DNA of 64,000 nucleotides from Rikenellaceae bacterium (lineage in GTDB: Bacteria > Bacteroidota > Bacteroidia > Bacteroidales > Rikenellaceae): positions 13,640 through 77,639 of the forward strand of contig SUZM01000011.1 in the NCBI GenBank assembly GCA_015059965.1, in the 5' to 3' direction. A program made the position numbers and the translations under genes. Positions within the stretch are counted from its first letter, which is position 1; each line of letters starts with the position of its first letter. The notes under the pieces are model-generated. The model saw only the letters and a list, made by a program, of their open reading frames with translations. It had not been told where the DNA came from and searched no databases. Positions 1 to 8,845 of the stretch are shown here, piece by piece.

Positions 1-1392
1 CGAGTCGCCCACCTTGAGCCACAGACGGCAGTAGGAGGTGTTCAGTGCCGTCCAGATGCCGTAGCGACGGAAGAGGTCGTAGCAGAAGATCTCGCGGGCG
101 TAGCAGGGGTCGTCCTTGTGCCACTTGAGGTGAATCTTTCTCACGCCGCCCAGCTCATGCTCGTCATCCTTCTGGAATTTGCGCAGGTTGAGCATGAAGT
201 GAACGTGGTGGTAGTCGGGGTTCTCGGTGTTGTGCATCTCCCCGCCATTGCCCTCGGGACGGCGGCGCGAGGTGTTGCCTCTCAGGCGCAGTCCGGCATC
301 GGTGAAGCTGTGCGTCTGCCCATTCTTCGTAAAGCTGGCATCGCAGTGGATATATTCGTCGGTATTCGAGTTCTGGTCATAGAGGCTCAGCAGCTCGTTC
401 CACTGCTCCTCGCTGATGGTCATGTGAATCTCGGGCAGGGCCTCCATATCGAAGATGTAGGTGTAGCCGTCGCTTACCTCCCCGGGGGTGGGGACGGGCT
501 CCTCTTTGGACTCCTCGTCGATCACAAAGTCGATCTGCTCACCCTCCTCCCAATCGTCGATCGAGTGCGAGAGCTTCAGCTTAAGACCCTCCTTGGCGGT
601 GAGTGTGGCCTGAACCGTGTACTGCTTGCCCGAGAGGAGGTCGGCGGCCTCCATCAATTCGCAATTGTAGCTTTTGCCCGAGGCGGTGGTGGCCTTCAGT
701 TTGGGTTGTGCCTTGCTTTGCGGGGCGGTGATCAGCTGCCAACCCTCTTCCCCTTCAATCGTTACGGGAGCTGCCGTGATCGAAGCCTTCTCGCCCATGG
801 CGCTAACGGCAAGGCTCTTCTGATCAAAGCGCACGGCTCGCTGAAGATTCGAGATTGAGACTTCGCTGATCTGCTCGCCCGTCTGGTTGTCGATGTGGAT
901 GATAAACTTCGTGAGCAGGTGGCGGAACGGAAGAGTGATGGCCTCCGAAGTGGGCTTGGCCTCCGTGGTGGCGGCCATCAGATCCGAGGCCGTGTAGTGC
1001 TCGCGGCTTCTCTGATCCTCTTGCAGGTTAAAGGTTACCCCTTCGGCGGTGTATTTCCACCCCGAAGCGTAGGGATAGTAGGCCGTAAGGAGAGCCTTTT
1101 GCTCCTTATCCTCATACCAGTAGCGAACTCCGTTCGATTGCAGATTCCCCTCCTTGAAGGTGTAGAGCCCGTTGTCCACATAGGCCTCCGGAGTGAAGAT
1201 ATACAAGCCGATCTGATCGCCCTCCTCAAAGGAGGTGTCGGTGGCACGTCCGTAGTCGGCCATGGTGGCCTGCAACGTGATCTGCATCTTGCCCTTGGGG
1301 GCCGGTTGTGGTTCGTCGGGGTCGCTTGCGCAGGCAAATCCTCCCATCAAAAGGGCCGCATAAAGGGCCAAGCTCAACATTTTTTTCATCAT
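1..1392 (-). CDS. surface lipoprotein: fimbrillin-like N-terminal module fused to a CotH kinase-family domain (3' end runs off the window)
   Basis: Hand translation of the minus strand from the ATG at 1392 gives MMKKMLSLALYAALLMGGFACASD (lipobox). It continues FEEGDQIGLY...RYWYEDKEQKALLTAYYPYA, then near the window edge HFMLNLRKFQKDDEHELGGVRKIHLKWHKDDPCYAREIFCYDLFRRYGIWTALNTSYCRLWLKVGD, which is CotH-like. The frame is open to position 1. It is absent from the ORF track only because it has no stop inside the window. Confidence 0.75.
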   Translation of the reverse strand, partial: MMKKMLSLALYAALLMGGFACASDPDEPQPAPKGKMQITLQATMADYGRATDTSFEEGDQIGLYIFTPEAYVDNGLYTFKEGNLQSNGVRYWYEDKEQKALLTAYYPYASGWKYTAEGVTFNLQEDQRSREHYTASDLMAATTEAKPTSEAITLPFRHLLTKFIIHIDNQTGEQISEVSISNLQRAVRFDQKSLAVSAMGEKASITAAPVTIEGEEGWQLITAPQSKAQPKLKATTASGKSYNCELMEAADLLSGKQYTVQATLTAKEGLKLKLSHSIDDWEEGEQIDFVIDEESKEEPVPTPGEVSDGYTYIFDMEALPEIHMTISEEQWNELLSLYDQNSNTDEYIHCDASFTKNGQTHSFTDAGLRLRGNTSRRRPEGNGGEMHNTENPDYHHVHFMLNLRKFQKDDEHELGGVRKIHLKWHKDDPCYAREIFCYDLFRRYGIWTALNTSYCRLWLKVGDS

Positions 1393-1432
1393 TAACCTCT
1401 CTTTATCTGTTTGTTAAAGTTTACTTTCCCCG

Positions 1433-1491
1433 CAAAGGTACAAAATAATTGGGAATTCAGGCTCCGAATTCCCAATTATTTTATACCTTTG
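1433..1491. promoter_or_regulatory. divergent promoter palindrome: two TACCTTTG -7 boxes inside 26-bp inverted repeats
   Basis: CAAAGGTACAAAATAATTGGGAATTC aggctcc GAATTCCCAATTATTTTATACCTTTG. The boxes are at 1433-1440 (minus) and 1484-1491 (plus), serving the CotH-fusion gene and the AraC-family gene. Confidence 0.7.
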
Positions 1492-1519
1492 GTAGTCGAA
1501 CCCGAATTTTTGAAAAGAA

Positions 1520-2644
1520 ATGAATTATGAACAATTTATATTGACGGTCAATACCTCTTCTATTGTCATTCTGCTGGTTTTGGCGCTCATTCTGCTCCTG
1601 GCAACACGTTTTAAAGGGGAGGCTGGTTATGCTGCGGCAATTATTATTGTCCCCACGGTTCCGGTCTATCTCTACAATGCGACCCGTATGTTGTGTATGT
1701 ATGAGACGGCCTACCTCATTTTCCCTTTTGCCTCCTCGCTCAACACCCTCCTCATGCCTCTGTTGTGGCTTTTCACGCGGCGAAATTTCAATACCGATTT
1801 TCGATTTCGCCTCCCGCAACTTCTGCATATGCTCCCCATGATTCTCTTCTTGGTGTTCAGCTTTTTCTTCTCACGGCAGGAAATCATGGTCTTTATCCGC
1901 TACGAGACGACGGGTAATGACCTTTGGTTTGCGGATATGAACAGCTCGGTTGTTGCGCTACAGATGCTCCTCTATTTCCCGCTGATTTTCTTCTATATTT
2001 ACAAGGAGCGGCGTCTGGTGGGAGATGCGTTATCGGATGCCGAGTGGGCACAGAAGGCGTGGATTAGTCAATTTATGATCCTCTTTGCGGCACTCTTTGT
2101 GGTTGTGATGGTGAGCTACGCCCTTTGGCCGCGAACCGATGCGTGGCTGATTCAGATACTGAACGTCATAGCCATGGCTTTTCTGGTTTATAACGCAATA
2201 GCGCACCCTACGGAGCACAAACTCTCCGTATCGGAACTGGCCCTCGATCCATTGAAGCCAAGTGTAGGGGAGTATGCACCCCTAACGGCTCTTCAGATGG
2301 AGCAGATTTGTTCGGATGTATCGGCCTATTTGGGAGAGTCGAAGGCCTATCTGCGTCCTGAGTATTCACTGGCCTCGCTGGCCTTGGAGGTGAAGATTCC
2401 GCAGCGCAACATCTCGCGTTCGATTAACAGCCACCTGAAGTGTAACTTCTTTACCCTGATCAATCGGTTGCGGGTGGAGGAGGCCAAGCACCTATTGCTT
2501 AATTTGGATGCTTCGGGTTATACGATCGATAGTATCTCGGTGGAGTGCGGATTCCGCTCCCGATCGACTTTTTTCCTGGTATTCAAAAAACTGACCGGAC
2601 AATCCCCTGCGGCTTGGCTTTCGGCCAGAAAAAAAGAGTCGTAA
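1520..2644 (+). CDS. AraC-family transcriptional regulator with N-terminal multi-TM domain
   Basis: 374-aa ORF. The N-terminal ~200 aa are hydrophobic. The C-terminus carries an AraC HTH (IPQRNISRSINSHLKCNFFTLINRLRVEEAKHLL...ISVECGFRSRSTFFLVFKKLTGQSP). Confidence 0.8.
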   Translation: MNYEQFILTVNTSSIVILLVLALILLLATRFKGEAGYAAAIIIVPTVPVYLYNATRMLCMYETAYLIFPFASSLNTLLMPLLWLFTRRNFNTDFRFRLPQLLHMLPMILFLVFSFFFSRQEIMVFIRYETTGNDLWFADMNSSVVALQMLLYFPLIFFYIYKERRLVGDALSDAEWAQKAWISQFMILFAALFVVVMVSYALWPRTDAWLIQILNVIAMAFLVYNAIAHPTEHKLSVSELALDPLKPSVGEYAPLTALQMEQICSDVSAYLGESKAYLRPEYSLASLALEVKIPQRNISRSINSHLKCNFFTLINRLRVEEAKHLLLNLDASGYTIDSISVECGFRSRSTFFLVFKKLTGQSPAAWLSARKKES

Positions 2645-2946
2645 AGAGGAGCAAAGAACATAGCACCAAATTTCAACAGGTTTAGCAGATTTAACCCCTG
2701 ATCTATAGTCGAAAAAGAGGTCCTTAAGATCTCTTTTTTGACTTTTTTCTTTCTCTGTTCGACCTGAGATACACTCCTTAGAGGGGCTTCTGAGGCCGAT
2801 TCGGTCCGAATATCCGCTATTCGGACTCGTGAGCATGCAAAATATTTGGAGCATTGTGCCTCTTTATACGACCTTTGTGACAGGAGAAAATGAGAGCGGA
2901 ACCGAAAAGCTATAACAGAGTAGGAAAATTTTAAAACCAAACAACG

Positions 2947-3438
2947 ATGAAACGATTATTACTTCTTTTGGCAGCCGTGATGTGTTTCTCGGTCGCCAAC
3001 GCGCAAAAGGGCGAGATGGCCGCCGGCGTTAATTTCAATTTCGGCACTGCCTACACGGGTGCTTACAGCAACATGGGTATCGGGCTCAAGTACCAATATT
3101 TAATCACGGATCACTTCCGCATCGAGCCCGCCTTTACCTACTACTTCAAGAAGGACTATATCTCGATGTGGGATGTAATGGCCAATGTGCACTGGGTCTT
3201 CCATATGGCAGACAACAAGCTGAACCTCTATCCGTTGGTCGGACTGGGAGTATTGGGTGCCAAGGCGAGCGTCTTTGGTTATTCGGCTTCGACGACCAAC
3301 TTCGGGATCAACCTCGGTGGTGGTGTGGAGTACAAGGTCCACGAACATATAGCCATCGGAGCCGAACTTAAGTATGCCATTGTTGGTAACAGCTACAGTC
3401 ACCTCGGCATTCAGATTGGAGCCACCTACCTCTTCTAG
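2947..3438 (+). CDS. small outer-membrane beta-barrel protein (OmpW/opacity-porin-like)
   Basis: 163 aa with signal peptide MKRLLLLLAAVMCFSVANAQ, alternating beta-strand pattern and a terminal aromatic residue (GATYLF). Confidence 0.7.
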   Translation: MKRLLLLLAAVMCFSVANAQKGEMAAGVNFNFGTAYTGAYSNMGIGLKYQYLITDHFRIEPAFTYYFKKDYISMWDVMANVHWVFHMADNKLNLYPLVGLGVLGAKASVFGYSASTTNFGINLGGGVEYKVHEHIAIGAELKYAIVGNSYSHLGIQIGATYLF

Positions 3439-3512
3439 CGGCCTGGAATAGGCCTCCAGAGACTCTTTTGTGGGGATTTCACCCTTAGACCGGAAAACAA
3501 CGAACCTTAAAA

Positions 3513-3950
3513 ATGAAGATTATGAAGACGATGAAACGACTTTTCTGCATGTTGCTTTTGGCAGCTGCAGCAACCGCCTTTATCGCCTGCAGCGATAAGG
3601 AGGATGACAACCCGATTAACCCCAACTCCGGAGAATTGGTTTACGGACAGTGGGTAGAGCGTGGCAACCAGCTCATCTACAGTGAATCCTACGATCAGGG
3701 GTACGGTATGGGATATACCATGACTTGGACACTTACCTTCGACAGCAGTGAAATTTGTGTTGCCTCCGAGTGCACCTACACCTTTGCCTCGGCCGATTTG
3801 GCCCAGATTGTCTACGAATCCTATGCCGACGAGGAGGTGAACGCCCGAATCTCGGGCCGCGTGGTAACCTTTGACTTTACGGAGTATCATGCCGGGCTGA
3901 CCAAAGCCGAAGCGATGGCTATGGTAGAGTCGATGGGCGGACTCATGTAG
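3513..3950 (+). CDS. hypothetical lipoprotein
   Basis: 145 aa with a signal peptide and lipobox (LLLAAAATAFIACSDKEDD). I do not recognise a family. Confidence 0.6.
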   Translation: MKIMKTMKRLFCMLLLAAAATAFIACSDKEDDNPINPNSGELVYGQWVERGNQLIYSESYDQGYGMGYTMTWTLTFDSSEICVASECTYTFASADLAQIVYESYADEEVNARISGRVVTFDFTEYHAGLTKAEAMAMVESMGGLM

Positions 3951-4029
3951 CCCTCAAATCCGCATCAGAGGGTTTTATGATGTGGATTCCTGATTAAAAT
4001 ACGCCACAATGAAACCAGCACAATCGGCG

Positions 4030-4103
4030 TGCACCTGGTCCTTGGGTAGCAGTTAAAGACTGCACCCACCGCTCTCGATCCGACCAGGTGCATGCCTCTT
4101 TTT
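4030..4103 (+). terminator. large branched hairpin plus T-run downstream of the lipoprotein gene (terminator, or 3' end of a small RNA)
   Basis: TGCACCTGGTC (4030-4040) pairs with GACCAGGTGCA (4082-4092). There is an inner stem GGGTAGCAG/CTGCACCC, followed by CTCTTTTTG. Confidence 0.55.
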
Positions 4104-4203
4104 GCTGTTGAGGCGATCTTTCGGTTGCGAAAGGGAGGGTGTTAAAGTGGAAAATCGATTGTTCGGGGAAAATTATTGCTTCGGCAGTGGTTGAAATTTG
4201 TGA

Positions 4204-4236
4204 ATTATTTTGTACCTTTGGTAGTCGAACCCGAAT
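4204..4236 (+). promoter_or_regulatory. murA promoter/leader: -7 box TACCTTTG (4213-4220) within a 33-mer shared with 1475-1507
   Basis: ATTATTTTGTACCTTTGGTAGTCGAACCCGAAT compared with ATTATTTTATACCTTTGGTAGTCGAACCCGAAT at 1475-1507 (32/33 identical). Confidence 0.7.
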
Positions 4237-4248
4237 CAAAGTGAGAAT

Positions 4249-5550
4249 ATGGCAATATTTCAAGTCGAAGGCGGACATCGTCTGCATGGTGAGATTACCC
4301 CGCAGGGGGCTAAAAATGAGGCGCTTCAGATCCTCTGTGCCACGCTGCTGACACCCGAGAAGGTGATCGTGAGAAATGTACCTCAGATTTTGGATGTGCT
4401 CCAGCTCATCGAACTCCTCAAGGCGATGGGCGTCGAGGTGGAAAAACTCTCCGAGGAGTGTTACTCGTTCCGCGCAGCCGACATCAACCTCGACTACCTG
4501 CAAAGCGAGGATTACCGACGTCGGGGAACCAAATTGCGCGGCTCGGTGATGATGCTCGGCCCGCTGTTGGCCCGTTTCGGTGTGGCCTACATCCCCAAGC
4601 CCGGAGGCGACAAGATCGGACGTCGCCGTCTGGATACTCACTTCCTGGGCTTCCAGAAGCTGGGTGCCGAGGTCGATTTCGCTGCGGGCCGCGTGACGGC
4701 CAAGGAGCTCAAGGGTACCTATATGCTTTTGGACGAGGCCTCGGTGACGGGTACGGCCAACATCGTGATGGCCGCTGTATTGGCCAAGGGAACCACCACG
4801 ATCTACAATGCGGCTTGCGAGCCCTATCTGCAGCAGCTCTGCAAGATGCTCAACCGCATGGGCGCCAAGATCTCGGGCATCGCCTCCAACCTGCTCACGA
4901 TCGAGGGTGTGGAGTCGCTCGGTGGTACCGAGCACACGATGCTTCCCGATATGATCGAGGTGGGCAGCTTCATCGGCATGGCCGCCATGAATCGCTCGGA
5001 GCTCCTGATTCGCAACGTCTCGTTCGAGAACCTGGGCATCATTCCGGCCCAGTTTGCCCGCATGGGAATCCAATTCGAACAGCGCGGAGACGACCTTTAC
5101 ATCCCGCAGCAGGATCACTACCGCATCGAGACCTTCATGGACGGATCGATCATGACCATTGCCGATGCCCCGTGGCCGGGACTGACCCCCGATCTCCTGT
5201 CGATCTTCCTGGTGGTGGCTACGCAGGCCAAGGGTGCCGTGCTGATTCACCAGAAGATGTTCGAGAGCCGTCTCTTCTTTGTCGATAAGTTGATCGATAT
5301 GGGGGCTCAAATCATCTTGTGCGATCCCCACCGAGCCACGGTGATCGGCCACAACCACGAGGTGAGGCTTCGTGCTACGCGCATGTCGTCGCCCGATATC
5401 CGCGCGGGTGTAGCCCTGTTGATTGCCGCCATGTCGGCTGAAGGGGTTTCGACGATTCAGAATATCGATCAGATCGACCGCGGCTATCGCGATATTGATC
5501 GTCGTTTGAATGCCTTGGGTGCCCGCATCACCCGCTTAGAGGATTTTTAA
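4249..5550 (+). CDS. murA: UDP-N-acetylglucosamine 1-carboxyvinyltransferase
   Basis: 433 aa. N-terminus MAIFQVEGGHRLHGEITPQGAKNEALQILCATLL and full-length MurA/EPSP-fold similarity. A TAccTTTG box lies 29 nt upstream. Confidence 0.95.
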   Translation: MAIFQVEGGHRLHGEITPQGAKNEALQILCATLLTPEKVIVRNVPQILDVLQLIELLKAMGVEVEKLSEECYSFRAADINLDYLQSEDYRRRGTKLRGSVMMLGPLLARFGVAYIPKPGGDKIGRRRLDTHFLGFQKLGAEVDFAAGRVTAKELKGTYMLLDEASVTGTANIVMAAVLAKGTTTIYNAACEPYLQQLCKMLNRMGAKISGIASNLLTIEGVESLGGTEHTMLPDMIEVGSFIGMAAMNRSELLIRNVSFENLGIIPAQFARMGIQFEQRGDDLYIPQQDHYRIETFMDGSIMTIADAPWPGLTPDLLSIFLVVATQAKGAVLIHQKMFESRLFFVDKLIDMGAQIILCDPHRATVIGHNHEVRLRATRMSSPDIRAGVALLIAAMSAEGVSTIQNIDQIDRGYRDIDRRLNALGARITRLEDF

Positions 5551-5572
5551 TTTTATGCGGCATATTTTGCAC
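5551..5572 (+). repeat. TTTTATGCGGCATATTTTGCAC box (copy 1), immediately after the murA stop
   Basis: The same 22-mer with 2-4 substitutions occurs at 32067 and 56301. Here it is followed by CCTTGCCGCCCCGAA, as in copy 3. Confidence 0.7.
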
Positions 5573-5835
5573 TTCCCTTGCCGCCCCGAAAGCCCATCCT
5601 TTAAGTATGTTTCTGCCGAGGCGACTGCATGAAGCAAAAATCTGCACACCTGGATAGAAAACCGGCAGACGATTTTAACGGGCGCAAAGAGTTGAGAGGT
5701 GCCATCGAAGTCGACCCTTTGTCAAAGGGAGGATTTCGAAGGGAGTGTAAATACTTAAACAGATGAAAACCAAAAGGTTTTTATGTGTGCCACGGTAAAC
5801 TGAACAGAATAGAGATAATTGTAAAATAACCTCAT

Positions 5836-6414
5836 ATGTTTTTGGAAAATTCAACAAAGAAGGGCTGGATCGAGGTGATTTGCGGCTCGATGTTTTCGGG
5901 AAAAACCGAGGAGCTGATTCGCCGGATGAAGCGAGCCAAATTTGCCAACCAGCGAGTAGAGATCTTTAAACCTCGTATTGATGTGCGCTACTCCGAGGAG
6001 GAGGTGGTGTCGCACGATTCGAATGCCATCCGTTCGACCCCGGTGGATTCGGCGCAGACCATTCTGCTGATGGCCTCCGATGTCGATGTGGTGGGTATTG
6101 ACGAGGCGCAATTTTTCGATGAGGGGATCGTGGAGGTCTGCCGCAAATTGGCTGACAGCGGTGTGCGTGTGATTCTGGCCGGCCTGGATATGGACTACCT
6201 GGGCAAGCCCTTCGGTCCGATGCCTGCGCTGATGGCCACCGCCGAGTATGTGACCAAGGTGCATGCCATCTGTGTGCGTTGCGGCAACCTTGCGCACCAT
6301 TCGCACCGCCTGACGGCCGATGACAAGCAGGTTGTGCTCGGCGCCCAGGACAGCTATCAGCCCATCTGTCGCCACTGTTTTGCCGAGGCGATGAAAGCGA
6401 AGAGTTCCCTCTGA
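5836..6414 (+). CDS. tdk: thymidine kinase
   Basis: 192 aa with P-loop [11 protein letters not shown] and C-terminal Zn-binding cysteines (CVRCG...CRHC). Confidence 0.93.
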   Translation: MFLENSTKKGWIEVICGSMFSGKTEELIRRMKRAKFANQRVEIFKPRIDVRYSEEEVVSHDSNAIRSTPVDSAQTILLMASDVDVVGIDEAQFFDEGIVEVCRKLADSGVRVILAGLDMDYLGKPFGPMPALMATAEYVTKVHAICVRCGNLAHHSHRLTADDKQVVLGAQDSYQPICRHCFAEAMKAKSSL

Positions 6415-6449
6415 TTCTTTTTTTCTCCGCATCGGATCGAGCGATAGCA

Positions 6450-6495
6450 AAAACCGAACGGGCAGCAACTTCAAAACTGCTGCCCGTTCGGTTTT
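6450..6495. terminator. bidirectional intrinsic terminator between convergent tdk and folD
   Basis: AAAACCGAACGGGCAGC - loop - GCTGCCCGTTCGGTTTT: a 17-bp perfect stem flanked by A and T runs. Confidence 0.9.
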
Positions 6496-6517
6496 CTGTT
6501 GAACGAGAAGAGGCGGG

Positions 6518-7366
6518 TTATGCCATAAAATTCTTATAGCACTGGATCGTATTCTCCATCAGGCAGGTGATGGTCATGGGGCCTACACCGCCCGGTACGG
6601 GGGTAATGTGCGAGGCGATGGGCTCGATGGCAGCGTAGTCCACATCACCACACAGCTTGCCCGTCTCGGGATCGCGATTTACACCCACGTCGATCACCAC
6701 GGCACCCGGGGCCACCATGTCGGCCGTCACGAACTTCGGGCGACCAATGGCCACTACCAGGATCTCGGCTCCGAGGCAGACCTCCTTAAGATTTTGGGTG
6801 CGGCTGTGGGCGATGGTCACCGTAGCGTTGTTGTCCAAGAGAAGCTTGGCCACCGGAAGGCCTACGATATTGCTGCGGCCGATCACCACGGCACGCTTGC
6901 CGGCGATCTCTACGCCTGCGGCCTTCAGGAGCTTGATGATGCCCTTCGGCGTGCAGGGGAGGATGCAGCGATCCTTCTGCCACAGGGCAGCGACGTTGAG
7001 CGGGTGGAAGCCGTCCACATCTTTCTCCTTGCTGATCGTGGCAATCACCTTCTCTTCCGAGATGTGTTTGGGCAGGGGCAGCTGTACGAGGATGCCATCC
7101 ACGTTTTGGTCTGCGTTCAGATCGCGAATCAGCGAGAGGATCTCCTCCTCCGTGGCGCTCTCGGGGCGGCGGATCGTGGTGTTGTCGATACCCAAGGCGT
7201 TGCAGGCTTGGGCCTTGCCGGTCACATAGCTCACACTGCCGGGATCTTCGCCCACCAGAATCACCACCAGGTGCGGGGCGCGACCATATTTTGCCTTCAG
7301 CTCGGCAACCTCCTCGGCCATCTCGGCCTTCAACTTAACCGAAAGTTCTTTTCCAGAAATAATCAT
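6518..7366 (-). CDS. folD: bifunctional methylenetetrahydrofolate dehydrogenase/methenyl-THF cyclohydrolase
   Basis: 282 aa with motifs LVVILVGEDPGSVSYV, VIGRSNIVGLPVAKLL and TPVPGGVGPMT. Confidence 0.95.
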   Translation of the reverse strand: MIISGKELSVKLKAEMAEEVAELKAKYGRAPHLVVILVGEDPGSVSYVTGKAQACNALGIDNTTIRRPESATEEEILSLIRDLNADQNVDGILVQLPLPKHISEEKVIATISKEKDVDGFHPLNVAALWQKDRCILPCTPKGIIKLLKAAGVEIAGKRAVVIGRSNIVGLPVAKLLLDNNATVTIAHSRTQNLKEVCLGAEILVVAIGRPKFVTADMVAPGAVVIDVGVNRDPETGKLCGDVDYAAIEPIASHITPVPGGVGPMTITCLMENTIQCYKNFMA

Positions 7367-7474
7367 ACCTTATCTATCTTTTTAATTCTTCTGTTCTATA
7401 CCTAACTCATGTCTAACTCTTTTCGTTCCGGCGCCTCTTTTCGTCGGATCATCTCCACATCTCGGGATCAATCC

Positions 7475-8731
7475 TTAGAGGGCCCAATGGCCGATATCGG
7501 TGCGGTGGAAGAGGTTCTCGCACTCGATCTTTGCAACCTGGCGGAGGGCATCCTCCCGGGCGGCTTTCAGGTCCGAACCGCGACCCACCACGAAGAGTAC
7601 GCGGCCGCCGTTGGTCACCAGACGACCCTCCTTCGAGGCGGTCCCCATGTGATAAACCTGCTCTACCTGATCCAACCCTTTGATCTCGAATCCTTTGGCG
7701 TAGCTCTCGGGGTAGCCTTTCGAGGCCATGACGATACCTAAGGTGGCGAAGTCGTGCCACTCCAACTCCCCCTCCACGGCGCAGGCCGGTTTCTCGCCGC
7801 GAGCCAGGGCGTGGAATACCTCCACGATATCGCTCTTCAGGCGCGGCAGCACCACCTCCGTCTCGGGATCTCCGAAGCGGGCATTGAACTCGATCACCTT
7901 GATCCCCGCGGGGGTCTTCATCAGTCCGCCGTAGAGCACACCCGTAAAGGGGCATCCCTCCTTTGCCATGGCGCGGGCCGTGGGGCGCATCACATGCTCC
8001 AAGGTCCATTGGCGCTCCTCATCGGAGATGAAGGGCAGGGGGGAATAGGCTCCCATGCCGCCTGTGTTGGGCCCTTTGTCGCCGTCGAAGGCGCGCTTGT
8101 GGTCCTGCGAAAGGACCATCGGATAGACCTCCTCGCCCGCCACGAAGCAGAGGAACGAGAACTCGGGTCCGGTCAGGAAATCCTCGACCACCACCTTGCC
8201 CTTGCCGAACTTATCATCCAAGAGCATATCTTTCAGGGCGGCATCGGCCTCTTCGAGCGTCTCGGCAATTACGACCCCCTTGCCGGCAGCCAATCCGTCG
8301 TACTTCAGTACGGCAGGCAGGGGGCGGCTTTGGACGTAGGCCAGAGCCTCCTCATAGGCCGTAAAGGAGCGGAATGCCGCCGTCGGGATCTCGTATTTCT
8401 GCATCAGCTCTTTGGCAAACTCCTTCGAGGACTCGATGCGCGTGGCCGATTTCGTGGGGCCGAAGATCGTAAGTCCTTCGGCTTTAAAACGATCCACCAC
8501 ACCGGCCGCCAAGGACGCCTCGGGACCAACGACCGTGAGATCGATTTGGTGCTCCTTGGCAAAGTTTGCCAGCCCCTCCACATCGGTATCTTTCAGATCG
8601 ACACACTCGGCCTGAAGGGCGATTCCCGCATTACCTGGGGCGCAATAGATCTTCTCGGCCTTGGGCGAACGTGCCAAGGCATCGACAATGGCGTGCTCGC
8701 GGCCGCCGGAACCTATAACCAGTATTTTCAT
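7475..8731 (-). CDS. purD: phosphoribosylamine--glycine ligase
   Basis: The ORF is 7475..8809. I place the start at internal MKILVIGSGGREHAIVDAL (aa 27 of the ORF). ATP-grasp GARS similarity runs the full length. Confidence 0.93.
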   Translation of the reverse strand: MKILVIGSGGREHAIVDALARSPKAEKIYCAPGNAGIALQAECVDLKDTDVEGLANFAKEHQIDLTVVGPEASLAAGVVDRFKAEGLTIFGPTKSATRIESSKEFAKELMQKYEIPTAAFRSFTAYEEALAYVQSRPLPAVLKYDGLAAGKGVVIAETLEEADAALKDMLLDDKFGKGKVVVEDFLTGPEFSFLCFVAGEEVYPMVLSQDHKRAFDGDKGPNTGGMGAYSPLPFISDEERQWTLEHVMRPTARAMAKEGCPFTGVLYGGLMKTPAGIKVIEFNARFGDPETEVVLPRLKSDIVEVFHALARGEKPACAVEGELEWHDFATLGIVMASKGYPESYAKGFEIKGLDQVEQVYHMGTASKEGRLVTNGGRVLFVVGRGSDLKAAREDALRQVAKIECENLFHRTDIGHWAL

Positions 8732-8845
8732 CAATTCAAAATTCAAGCAACAAAATTCATAGTTTGGCCGAAGGGGTAAACTCCCCGGTTTGGCGAGGAA
8801 GATCCGCACGCTGTCGGTGTGAATTTTCCCCGCAAAATGGAGCGT

